A stretch of DNA of 64,000 nt from an archaeon (GTDB lineage Archaea > Methanobacteriota_B > Thermococci > Methanofastidiosales > NM3). A model generated the notes under the pieces. That model was not told the DNA's origin. It saw only the letters and a list, made by a program, of their open reading frames with translations, and made no database searches. Location of the stretch: positions 32,001 to 96,000 of the forward strand of contig RXIG01000001.1 in the NCBI GenBank assembly GCA_004212155.1, in the 5' to 3' direction. The translations under genes and the position numbers were made by a program. Positions 1 to 8,002 of this stretch are shown piece after piece; position 1 is the first letter of the stretch, and each line of letters starts with the position of its first letter.

Positions 1-378
1 GAGGCAGACCCCTGCAGCCTGCACCGTCGTGAGTGATTGGCCAAAGACTAGGATACTTATCAGGAGCGTGACAATGACCCAACATGCCGAGATAGGGGTG
101 ATGACAGAGGTCTCTCCCACTTCGAGCCCACGGTAGAACATCAGATACGCAAGGATGCCAAGCACGCCGACACCGCCGGCCTTGAGGAGAGAGACTGGGG
201 TGACCGTCATGTCGCCCACCATCACGATATATGCCGATATGCACAGGACCATGCTGATCACATGGCTCCAAAGGAGGGTATTGAACGTGCCCTCCCTCCG
301 GATCGCCTGTGTGGCGATGAAGTCGGCGGTACCCCAACTCACCATGGCCATGAGACCGAACATGATCCCTAGCGACAT
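1..378 (-). CDS. EamA/DMT family transporter (3' end runs off the window)
   Basis: Manual translation MSLGIMFGLMAMVSWGTADFIATQAIRR...AYLMFYRGLEVGETSVITPISAC; GGAGGTGA SD upstream; absent from ORF track. Confidence 0.85.
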   Translation of the reverse strand, partial: MSLGIMFGLMAMVSWGTADFIATQAIRREGTFNTLLWSHVISMVLCISAYIVMVGDMTVTPVSLLKAGGVGVLGILAYLMFYRGLEVGETSVITPISACWVIVTLLISILVFGQSLTTVQAAGVCL

Positions 379-456
379 CCGTGTCACCTCCTTCCATCAG
401 TTTATCCCCCATTATAATGGCTTCAAGCGCTGGCTGGGCACGTCCCCCATACATGG

Positions 457-651
457 TCATTTTTTCCCATATGGGATGGTCTCTATCGTTCGTCGTGAGG
501 CGGAAGTGTCGTATTTTCTTACCAAGACTCCCCTTCCACAGTAGGGGCAGATGTGCTGTTCGTAGACCTCGCCTTTGCTCCCATGGTATGACCTATGGGG
601 CACCATCTGCACGAGACATAGTTCACAGTAGGGAATGTAGCTTTCAAACAT
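457..651 (-). CDS. Small zinc-finger protein (CxxC...CPYCG), 64 aa
   Basis: CELC and CPYCG motifs; GGAGGTGA SD; lies between hsp20 and the DMT gene on the same strand. Confidence 0.7.
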   Translation of the reverse strand: MFESYIPYCELCLVQMVPHRSYHGSKGEVYEQHICPYCGRGVLVRKYDTSASRRTIETIPYGKK

Positions 652-681
652 CTATTTCACCTCCACGCATGAAGGTCTGGG

Positions 682-1086
682 TCAGCGAAGGTCAACATGC
701 CTTCGTTCCCTTTTTGGGACGGAAAGAGTGGCGATGCCATTGTTGAACGTGGCTTTAACGTGTTCGCCGGCGGCTGGTTCGTCAAGGTGGATGGTACAGG
801 CATATCCCTTCCTTTTCTCGTCCAATGCGCCCGGCGCGGCAGCGGTCACTTCGATGTCGTCCCCTCGGACACGTATCGATACGTCGTCCTTACCTACGCC
901 AGGAAGTTCGATCATGATGCAGTACTGGTCTCCCTCGTCGAGCACGTCATAGACAGGCGTCTCATAGCGCTCCTCGGGCACAAGCGGCCGCCTTCGCATC
1001 CTGCGCTCACCATAACGGTCCTGGAAGTACCGATCGAGCTCCTCTTCCATCTTCCTGAACTCTTCCCATGGGTCGTCCCACAGCAT
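682..1086 (-). CDS. hsp20: Small heat shock protein (Hsp20/alpha-crystallin)
   Basis: WDDPWEEFRKMEEE N-terminus, IELPGVGKDDV, ATFNNGIATLSVPK; start moved to the ATG after a GAGGTGA SD. Confidence 0.9.
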   Translation of the reverse strand: MLWDDPWEEFRKMEEELDRYFQDRYGERRMRRRPLVPEERYETPVYDVLDEGDQYCIMIELPGVGKDDVSIRVRGDDIEVTAAAPGALDEKRKGYACTIHLDEPAAGEHVKATFNNGIATLSVPKRERRHVDLR

Positions 1087-1117
1087 GGCTTTCACCTCGC
1101 TTTATGGGTTATTATCC

Positions 1118-1130
1118 TTACTTATAGTTA
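1118..1130. promoter_or_regulatory. Putative heat-shock repressor (Phr/HSR1-like) operator TTAC-N5-GTTA
   Basis: TNAC-N5-GTNA core lying between the hsp20 TATA (about 1141-1150, minus strand) and its start codon. Confidence 0.5.
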
Positions 1131-1276
1131 AGTTAAGGAAGTATTTATATTTTTTGCCTTCCCTCATCACCGATCCGTTGATGATATCTCCCTGAAGTGT
1201 GTGCATGCACATATTAAACGCCATTTCGGAATCTTTATATTGCATCCAGACGATACTCTATCGGTGATTCACGATC

Positions 1277-1957
1277 ATGCATCCTATCATTGAGAACGCT
1301 CGAAAGGAGGGACGTCAGCTCCTCGAGTCAGAGGCAAAGGACCTCTTGTCGGAGTACGGGGTGTCGATCCCCCCTTACCGACTTGCAACGTCCGAGAACG
1401 AGGCCGCCTCCTATGCCCATGAGCTGGGATATCCCGTGGCGATGAAGATCGCATCGCCCGACATCCTTCACAAGACGGATGCAGGCGGAGTGAGGCTCAA
1501 CATCAAGAATGCGGCCGAGGCGCGCTCGGCGTTTTGCGGCCTTTACGACAGCGCTCATGACTACGATCCCGATGCGCGCGTTTCGGGAGTTCTTGTCACG
1601 CCGATGGTCCCACAAGGGGTGGAGGTCATCGTCGGCATGACGCGCGATCCCCAGTTCGGCCCCGTGGTCATGTTCGGCCTTGGGGGCATATTCGTGGAGA
1701 TATTCAAGGATGTCTCTTTTCGCGTGACCCCCTTTGAAAGGGAAGAGGCACGCTCGATGATCGAGGAGATCAAGGCCTACCCGATACTGAAGGGCGTGCG
1801 CGGCGAGAAATCAAAGGACATAGGGGCGATCAGCGAGCTCATCATGAAGGTCGCATCGTTTTCCGACGCATTCGACGAGGTGAGGGAGCTTGACCTCAAT
1901 CCCGTATTCGTCTACGAGGCCGGCGTGGCCGTGGTCGATGCCCGGATAGTCATATAG
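1277..1957 (+). CDS. acdB: Acetate/acyl-CoA ligase (ADP-forming) beta subunit
   Basis: ATP-grasp motifs GYPVAMKIASPDILHKTDAGGV, FGPVVMFGLGGIFVE, ELDLNPV. Confidence 0.92.
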   Translation: MHPIIENARKEGRQLLESEAKDLLSEYGVSIPPYRLATSENEAASYAHELGYPVAMKIASPDILHKTDAGGVRLNIKNAAEARSAFCGLYDSAHDYDPDARVSGVLVTPMVPQGVEVIVGMTRDPQFGPVVMFGLGGIFVEIFKDVSFRVTPFEREEARSMIEEIKAYPILKGVRGEKSKDIGAISELIMKVASFSDAFDEVRELDLNPVFVYEAGVAVVDARIVI

Positions 1958-1966
1958 CGACTGCAC

Positions 1967-2281
1967 TCACTTTTCCCTAAGGAAGTGCCACGTCATGATG
2001 CGGTAGTCATCCTCGCCCTTGATGTTGGTGGCTATCGCAATCTTGACATGGTCTGGCGATTCTGTATAGGCGCTTGCGAACTTGCCGATCTCGTGCCCTT
2101 CGAGATAGATCGATCCGTCCTCTCCGAATTCCTTCAGGATGGTGTGCCCGTCCTTGGTCGTAATCTCTATGCGCGGCTGGGCCGAGAGCATGAACTTGAG
2201 CACCTCGTCCATCTGGTCTTTTTCAAGCTGAAATCCAATGTTGTTGATCTTGTCGTACTGTTTTCGTGACATCTCCTTCAT
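1967..2281 (-). CDS. Hypothetical protein, 104 aa
   Basis: Clean ORF with protein-like composition; minus-strand TATA just upstream (about 2303-2311). Confidence 0.65.
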   Translation of the reverse strand: MKEMSRKQYDKINNIGFQLEKDQMDEVLKFMLSAQPRIEITTKDGHTILKEFGEDGSIYLEGHEIGKFASAYTESPDHVKIAIATNIKGEDDYRIMTWHFLREK

Positions 2282-2496
2282 ACGGAGTCACTCGGTTTGG
2301 TAATATTTAAACTTCATGTTGTCGGAACGGTGTGCTTCGCGCGCATGTGACCTGCCCTATACAATCGCATGCCAAAATCAGTTTTTTTTTAAATAAATTG
2401 ATTATAAAGCCATATTCTTCCTTTTTCATTGAAAAGATTTTTATTGTGCGCCATTAATATATAGTAATACATCTCAAAGCATATGGGAGGATTTAT

Positions 2497-3876
2497 ATGA
2501 GATTGGATTTAGTAGTAAAAAACGGAAAAGTGGTCACAGAATCGGATACGTTCACTGCTGACATAGGGATCAAGGGCAAGAAGATAGTGAAGATAGCACA
2601 GGAGATAGATGACGACGCAGAGGAGACGATCGATGCCAAGGGCAAGTACGTTATGCCTGGCGTCATTGACGCCCATACGCACCTTCACATGCCATTCATG
2701 GGCTCGCACTCTGTCGACAACTACAAGACAGGCACCATCGCGGCGGCATGCGGCGGCGTTACATCGGTCATTGACTACGATGTGCAACAGGAAGGCGAGA
2801 CTCTCCATGAAGCCGTTGAGCGCAAGAAAAAGACCGCGTTCGACCAGGGTGTCGCCATCGACTTCTCGCTTCACCCCGGAGTCACGCAATGGGGACAGGA
2901 GACCATCGATGAGATCCCCGACCTTATCAAGAACGGCGTTCCGTCGTTCAAGGTGTTTACCGTCTACGGCGCATGGCAGGTCAAAAACGAAACGCTGCTC
3001 AAGCTGCTCGATGTCACCAAGCGTTACGGCGGGCTCGTGAACGTCCATGCTGAAAACGACGATATCATACAGATGCTCAACAAGAAGTTCGAGGAGGAAG
3101 GCACCCTCGATCCGCTGCACCATGCGCTCTCCCACCCGCCCGAGGCGGAAAAGGAGGCCGTAGAGCGGCTCATCAATCTGACAAACTACATGGACTCGCG
3201 GCTATACATCGTACACCTCTCGTCGAAGATGGGCCTCGAGGCGATCAAGCACGCCCAGACACAGGGCACAAACATCATGTGCGAGACATGCCCGCAATAC
3301 CTGTTCCTCTCGACAGACAACTTCAAGGAACCAAACTTCGAGGGAGCGAAGTACGTTATGTCACCGCCACCACGCGAAAAGGAGGACCAGGAAGCCTTGT
3401 GGACCGGGCTCAAGTTCGGATTCGTCAAGACTATCGCCACCGACCACTGCCCCTTCAACTTCAACAAGGAAAAGCAAAACGGCAAGGACGACTACAAGAA
3501 GATACCCAACGGTGCGCCGGGCATCGAGACTTCGCTGATGCTGATGTACTCGGAAGGTGTCGCAAAGGGCAGGATAACGATCAACGACCTCGTTCGCATC
3601 ATGTGTACCAACCCCGCCAAGATATTTGGCATGCAGGACAAGGGAAGCATAGCCATAGGCAAGGATGCGGATATCGTGGTCTACGACCCCGATGCGAAGT
3701 GGACCATGTCGATCGACAAGCTCCATATGAACGTGGACTACACGCCGTATGAGGGCATGCCCATCACCGGCAAGCCAGAGGTCACCATCTCGAAGGGCCG
3801 CGTCGTCGCACGCGACGGCGAGTTCGTCGGCGACACGAAGTGGGGCGAGTTTGTCAAGCGCCACCTCGACTATTGA
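2497..3876 (+). CDS. hydA: Dihydropyrimidinase / D-hydantoinase
   Basis: PGVIDAHTH, SFKVF (carbamylated Lys), VHAEN, YIVHLS, ETCPQYL, TDHCPF, IPNGAPGIE; GGAGG SD. Confidence 0.93.
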   Translation: MRLDLVVKNGKVVTESDTFTADIGIKGKKIVKIAQEIDDDAEETIDAKGKYVMPGVIDAHTHLHMPFMGSHSVDNYKTGTIAAACGGVTSVIDYDVQQEGETLHEAVERKKKTAFDQGVAIDFSLHPGVTQWGQETIDEIPDLIKNGVPSFKVFTVYGAWQVKNETLLKLLDVTKRYGGLVNVHAENDDIIQMLNKKFEEEGTLDPLHHALSHPPEAEKEAVERLINLTNYMDSRLYIVHLSSKMGLEAIKHAQTQGTNIMCETCPQYLFLSTDNFKEPNFEGAKYVMSPPPREKEDQEALWTGLKFGFVKTIATDHCPFNFNKEKQNGKDDYKKIPNGAPGIETSLMLMYSEGVAKGRITINDLVRIMCTNPAKIFGMQDKGSIAIGKDADIVVYDPDAKWTMSIDKLHMNVDYTPYEGMPITGKPEVTISKGRVVARDGEFVGDTKWGEFVKRHLDY

Positions 3877-3960
3877 TCACCACCCCTCTTTTTCTTTTCT
3901 TATTTTCCTTGTTCATTTTTGCAAACCATTTTCTTTTCAGTCTAAACTATGCTAATTTTT

Positions 3961-3998
3961 TAAAAAATAAAAAAATAACCAAATTTTTTTATTTTTTA
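3961..3998. repeat. Perfect 16-bp A/T inverted repeat with 6-nt spacer
   Basis: TAAAAAATAAAAAAAT-aaccaa-ATTTTTTTATTTTTTA, about 25 bp upstream of a BRE/TATA. Confidence 0.8.
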
Positions 3999-4020
3999 GC
4001 AAAATAAATTAAAAATTATC

Positions 4021-4037
4021 AAGAAAAGCTTAAATAG
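4021..4037 (+). promoter_or_regulatory. BRE+TATA promoter for the small-peptide cassette
   Basis: AAGAAAAGCTTAAATAG; same pattern as other promoters here, e.g. CGAAAGGCTTAATAAG before gdh. Confidence 0.65.
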
Positions 4038-4088
4038 ACCTCATATCATATAGTGTATCAAGTCATTATCACGATGAGGTGAACAAGA

Positions 4089-4253
4089 ATGAACGCTGTG
4101 AAGAACTTCGGAAACGCCTTTGGCGGATTTGCATTTGTGAGAAAGGCCATTGGGCTGGCCAGTGAAAAGGACGAGAGGGACGAGCTTGGCAACTGCCAGG
4201 AACGCCTCGAGCCTTGCTACTGCGACAGGAACGTATTCAACGTATTGCATTAA
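4089..4253 (+). CDS. Small peptide 1, 54 aa: MNAVKNFGNAFGGFAFVRKAIGLASEKDERDELGNCQERLEPCYCDRNVFNVLH
   Basis: GAGGTGA SD 6 nt before the ATG; follows a promoter; C-terminal motif shared with the next ORF. Confidence 0.75.
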   Translation: MNAVKNFGNAFGGFAFVRKAIGLASEKDERDELGNCQERLEPCYCDRNVFNVLH

Positions 4254-4267
4254 GGAGGTACAGACAC

Positions 4268-4369
4268 ATGATACACTTTAGAAGGGACACATCACTCTCT
4301 GAGTCGGTCAACAACGACTTTGTCGACTGTTCGTTTTCCGGCCGCGCCACCTTCAACGCGGTCTTCTAG
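4268..4369 (+). CDS. Small peptide 2, 33 aa: MIHFRRDTSLSESVNNDFVDCSFSGRATFNAVF
   Basis: GGAGGT SD directly after the stop of peptide 1; C-terminus aligns without gaps to peptide 1. Confidence 0.72.
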   Translation: MIHFRRDTSLSESVNNDFVDCSFSGRATFNAVF

Positions 4370-4400
4370 ACCGGACGAAGGATTAACTGTCACCACGCAC

Positions 4401-4421
4401 GGGAGGGGGCCCTCCCCTCCC
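4401..4421 (+). other. GC-rich stem-loop (8-bp stem, 5-nt loop) between the peptides and the MFS gene
   Basis: GGGAGGGG-gccct-CCCCTCCC. Confidence 0.7.
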
Positions 4422-4446
4422 ACCATTCCCGCTACATGGTGTGTAC

Positions 4447-5706
4447 ATGGAAGAACGGAAGGTCACATTTCGCGAAGTGTTGGGGATACCATCCTTCAGG
4501 CTGCTCTGGGTGGGTCAGCTCATATCGAACTTCGGGGACCGATTCAGCTACATGGCCGTCATGGGGCTCATTCTATTCAGGTGGGAAGGCTCTGCGCTCG
4601 ACGCGGGGATGATGTTTGTCATCATGGCCCTTCCCTCGATCTTCATAGGCCCTGTTGCCGGCGTCTTCGTGGACAGGTATGACAAGAAGAAGGTCATGAT
4701 CGTTTCCGACCTTGTGCGGGCAGCCCTCATTGCGCTGCTATCGCAGGCACAGACGCTCATGCAGGTCTATGTTCTCATATTCCTCGTCGCCGTCGTATCT
4801 CGCTTCTTCTACCCTTCGCGCAGCGCTATGATACCCGCCCTCGTGGAGAAACGCCAGCTCATCGTGGCCAACTCGCTATCGCAGTCCACCTATCAGACAT
4901 CAGCCATCCTGGGGTATGCGCTTGGTGGCATGCTCGTTGCGCTCATCGGCCCTGTGGCGGTATTTTACCTTGACAGCGTCTCATTTCTCGTTTCAGCAGT
5001 GCTCATCGCCATGATATCGTACACGGCTGTCACATCCGCCGTTGCCGATATCGGCCTGTCCCCCCTCATGCGCATACGACGCGAGTTCGTCGATGGACTC
5101 GCATACGTATACAACGACAAGCGCATCCTGTTCATCACGACGCTTTTTTCCTCCGTTCTCCTCTTCTTCGGGGGGTTAAACGTCGTATGGCTCATCCTCG
5201 TGCGCGACGTGATGGGCCTCGGTGTTGAAGGCATGGGCATCGTCGAATCCGTGCTCGGCGGCGGCATGCTGGCAGGGACGTTTTTTGTGGGAATCATCGG
5301 CCAGCGCATGGGCATACGCCCGATGCTGCTTGGCGGCACCATCGTATTCTCGCTCGCGTTCTTCGCGATTGCGGCGTTCACTGTGCTCCCGAACGTCATC
5401 ATATGGCTCTTCATAGCCGGCATCTCCAACGAGGTCATCGTGGTGCCATGCATCACGCTGCTACAGGAGATCACGCCCGAGCATATGCTTGGTCGCGTAT
5501 TCAGTGCCTTTGGAACGGCGCTTGAATCAGCAAGCCTTATCTCCATGGGCGTTCTTGGATACCTTGCGAGCACTGTCCCCGTACACTCTTTGCTCTTTGC
5601 CATGTCGGCCTGTATCCTCATGGTCGTCCTTGTTGCCTCGCTTGTCCCCGTCTCGCTCGAACGGGTGCCCCTGGAAGATGCCGCTCCTGCGCCGGCGACG
5701 GGGTAG
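4447..5706 (+). CDS. MFS transporter, DHA3/macrolide-efflux (MFS_3)-like, about 12 TM
   Basis: FRLLWVGQLISNFGD, motif A GVFVDRYDKKKVMIVSDLVR, LLQEITPEHMLGRVFS; alternative GTG start at 4441. Confidence 0.9.
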   Translation: MEERKVTFREVLGIPSFRLLWVGQLISNFGDRFSYMAVMGLILFRWEGSALDAGMMFVIMALPSIFIGPVAGVFVDRYDKKKVMIVSDLVRAALIALLSQAQTLMQVYVLIFLVAVVSRFFYPSRSAMIPALVEKRQLIVANSLSQSTYQTSAILGYALGGMLVALIGPVAVFYLDSVSFLVSAVLIAMISYTAVTSAVADIGLSPLMRIRREFVDGLAYVYNDKRILFITTLFSSVLLFFGGLNVVWLILVRDVMGLGVEGMGIVESVLGGGMLAGTFFVGIIGQRMGIRPMLLGGTIVFSLAFFAIAAFTVLPNVIIWLFIAGISNEVIVVPCITLLQEITPEHMLGRVFSAFGTALESASLISMGVLGYLASTVPVHSLLFAMSACILMVVLVASLVPVSLERVPLEDAAPAPATG

Positions 5707-5738
5707 CTTTAATAAGAATTGCTGCTAAGAGGACCTAT

Positions 5739-6722
5739 ATGCTGCAATTGCACCTTGATGACCTTGCAGAGAAGGTCGTTGCCCGTGGCGCTCGCCGAGT
5801 CGGCGTACAGCTTCCGTTCGGCCTGAGGCGCAGGGCGCGCGAGATCGCCAAGATATTCGGCGATCGAGGTATCGAGGTCGTGTTCTCGGGCACGCCGAGC
5901 TACGGAGCATGCGACGTTGCCGATGCCCAGATGGCCCGTGCCGATGTCGATCTGCTCGTTCATTTTGGCCACAGCGCCATGCTTCCCGACAGCTCGATAC
6001 CCGTGCTTTACTGGGAGGTCGTCGATGATGTCGACATCATCAAGACAATCAGGCAGCATCGAGACGAGCTCCGTTCTCGCGGGCGTTCGGTGGGTCTCGT
6101 AACGACCGTTCAGCACGTCCACCAGCTGCCCTCCGTTCGTGACTATCTCGTCTCCGAGGGATTCAACGCGCGTATCGGCGATGCATCGATACGGGTCTCA
6201 TATCCTGGACAGGTGCTGGGATGCTCGTTCGAGACTGCATCATCGCTTGACGTCGACTTCTTCCTTTATGTCGGAACCGGTTACTTTCACCCTGTGGGGA
6301 TATCGCTTGCCACCGATCGCCCTGTGATGTATTGCGACCCCTATACGGAACAGTGCATCGATGTGACCCCTGTGCGCGACAGGATCGTAAGGAAACGTTA
6401 TGCCGTCATCGAGAAGGCGCGCGCTGCAACGCACTTTGCCGTTGTCGTATCGACGCGAAGGGGCCAGTATCGCATCGACGAGGCCTTGAACATCAAAAAG
6501 CTTTTAAGAGAGCACGGAAAAACATGCCACATCATAGTAGCAGAGGCTGTCGATGCGGCACTCGTGCAGGACTTTGGATTCGATGCATATGTCGTGGCAG
6601 CATGCCCGCGCATTGCGATCGACGATGCACCCTCTTTTGAGAAACCGGTGCTCACAGTCACCGAGGTGCCCCTTCTCTTTGATGATGGACCGTATCAGTT
6701 CGATGAGATACATAAACTTTAA
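5739..6722 (+). CDS. dph2: Diphthamide biosynthesis enzyme Dph2
   Basis: VQLPFGL, YGACD, HFGH, GQVLGC, ACPRIAIDD (three Fe-S Cys). Confidence 0.93.
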   Translation: MLQLHLDDLAEKVVARGARRVGVQLPFGLRRRAREIAKIFGDRGIEVVFSGTPSYGACDVADAQMARADVDLLVHFGHSAMLPDSSIPVLYWEVVDDVDIIKTIRQHRDELRSRGRSVGLVTTVQHVHQLPSVRDYLVSEGFNARIGDASIRVSYPGQVLGCSFETASSLDVDFFLYVGTGYFHPVGISLATDRPVMYCDPYTEQCIDVTPVRDRIVRKRYAVIEKARAATHFAVVVSTRRGQYRIDEALNIKKLLREHGKTCHIIVAEAVDAALVQDFGFDAYVVAACPRIAIDDAPSFEKPVLTVTEVPLLFDDGPYQFDEIHKL

Positions 6723-6759
6723 AAGAATATTTATTGCATGATAAAATGGAGTTGGAACA

Positions 6760-7344
6760 ATGAATAACGAAGGAGTTAAGTCTGGAGACTTCGTGATCCC
6801 GGGCGATGTGTTGGGAGTTGGCGAGGAGTTCATGCCCGGCATAGGTGCGTATGAGGAGGATGGAATCATCTACTCGTCGGTCGCGGGCATCGTTGATCTG
6901 GACATGCAGAAGAGAAAGGCCTCGGTCGAGGCACGAACAGACCTTCCCCCCGTACCGAGGGAGGGCGATGCAGTGATATGCGAGGTCGTTGACCTTCGCT
7001 CACAGATGGCGATGGTCGAGTTGCTCGCAAAGAGCGGCCAGTTGGATCGCGCGCTTTCTATCCCTACGAAGGGACGTGTCTACATATCTCAGTCGAGCAA
7101 GCGCTACGTGACGAATCTGCAAAACGAGTTCCGCATCGGCGACATCATACGAGCACGCGTACGCGATACCCGGAAATACCCTGTGGAGCTCTCGACAGTG
7201 GATGCCGATCTTGGAGTCATACTGGGCCTCTGCACGAAATGCAGGCACGTTCTCAAGAAGAAGGGATCCAAGCTTACCTGTCCGAACTGCGGTAGCGTTG
7301 AGACGCGCAAGATGGCCTCAGACTACGGAGAAGGGTCAATTTAG
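6760..7344 (+). CDS. csl4: Exosome subunit Csl4
   Basis: VIPGDVLGVGEEFMPG, S1 domain, C-terminal CTKC...CPNCG..ETRK zinc ribbon. Confidence 0.93.
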   Translation: MNNEGVKSGDFVIPGDVLGVGEEFMPGIGAYEEDGIIYSSVAGIVDLDMQKRKASVEARTDLPPVPREGDAVICEVVDLRSQMAMVELLAKSGQLDRALSIPTKGRVYISQSSKRYVTNLQNEFRIGDIIRARVRDTRKYPVELSTVDADLGVILGLCTKCRHVLKKKGSKLTCPNCGSVETRKMASDYGEGSI

Positions 7345-7354
7345 GTGAAGGCGC

Positions 7355-7624
7355 ATGGAAATTGAGGTGCTCACGGAAACGGAAACTCAGATGGAGCTCA
7401 TCATTCATGGAGAAGGCCATTCGCTCGTCAATTTGCTCAGGAGCTACCTCGAGGAGGATGAGCATGTGACCTTTGCAGCATACAACATAGCGCATCCGCT
7501 GCTTGACAATACGCGCCCTCGCCTTGAGATTCGTACGGACGGGACAAAGACACCTCGTCAGGCGCTTATCGAGGCAAACGAGCTCCTTCACACTCAGGTC
7601 ACCGAATTCAAGCAGGCGATCTGA
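7355..7624 (+). CDS. rpoL: RNA polymerase subunit L (Rpo11)
   Basis: GEGHSLVNLLR, FAAYNIAHPL; follows csl4. Confidence 0.93.
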   Translation: MEIEVLTETETQMELIIHGEGHSLVNLLRSYLEEDEHVTFAAYNIAHPLLDNTRPRLEIRTDGTKTPRQALIEANELLHTQVTEFKQAI

Positions 7625-7627
7625 ACA

Positions 7628-8002
7628 ATGGGTGGCCACTCCACGTTTGGCGATGTGCTCGTCAACTATGTATGTTCAGTAGCCAAGCTGCGAGTAACGG
7701 GCCTGTATGACGGCATTAAGGTATCAAATCATGTACTCATGCAGGCGCTCAATCATTCCAAGGTGGCATCGCCGCCACGGACCGACAAACACCAGAAGGG
7801 CGACTTCGTCGAGGCGCTCATCGCAGGTGCATGGGGTTCACTCTTTTCTACCGACGATATGATCGACATCATCAGCTCTTCGTTTGAGGGCAAAGACCTT
7901 TCCACGCGCGAATCGTTCATTGATGCCCAGATCAAGGCATTCAGCGTTCTTTTGGACCGGATACATGACTCCGGGCTCGATACAGAGCAGCGCAGGCTAT
8001 GA
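7628..8002 (+). CDS. Archaeal ribonuclease III-like protein
   Basis: FGDVLVNY and KGDFVEALIA match RNase III-type motifs; directly after rpoL. Confidence 0.75.
   Translation: MGGHSTFGDVLVNYVCSVAKLRVTGLYDGIKVSNHVLMQALNHSKVASPPRTDKHQKGDFVEALIAGAWGSLFSTDDMIDIISSSFEGKDLSTRESFIDAQIKAFSVLLDRIHDSGLDTEQRRL

Noticed and set aside
1277-1957. acdB without an adjacent alpha subunit
   Set aside because: Dispersed alpha and beta subunit genes are normal in Thermococci-like archaea
4041-4250. 69-aa minus-strand ORF in the track (also 4320-4682 on the plus strand)
   Set aside because: Antisense or overlapping shadows with no SD; the plus-strand peptides have SDs, a promoter and a shared motif
5739-6722. 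Dph2 (a His-modifying radical enzyme) as maturase of peptide 1, which ends in His
   Set aside because: It is a canonical dph2 in its usual csl4-rpoL housekeeping context, and peptide 2 ends in Phe, so the adjacency is most likely coincidental
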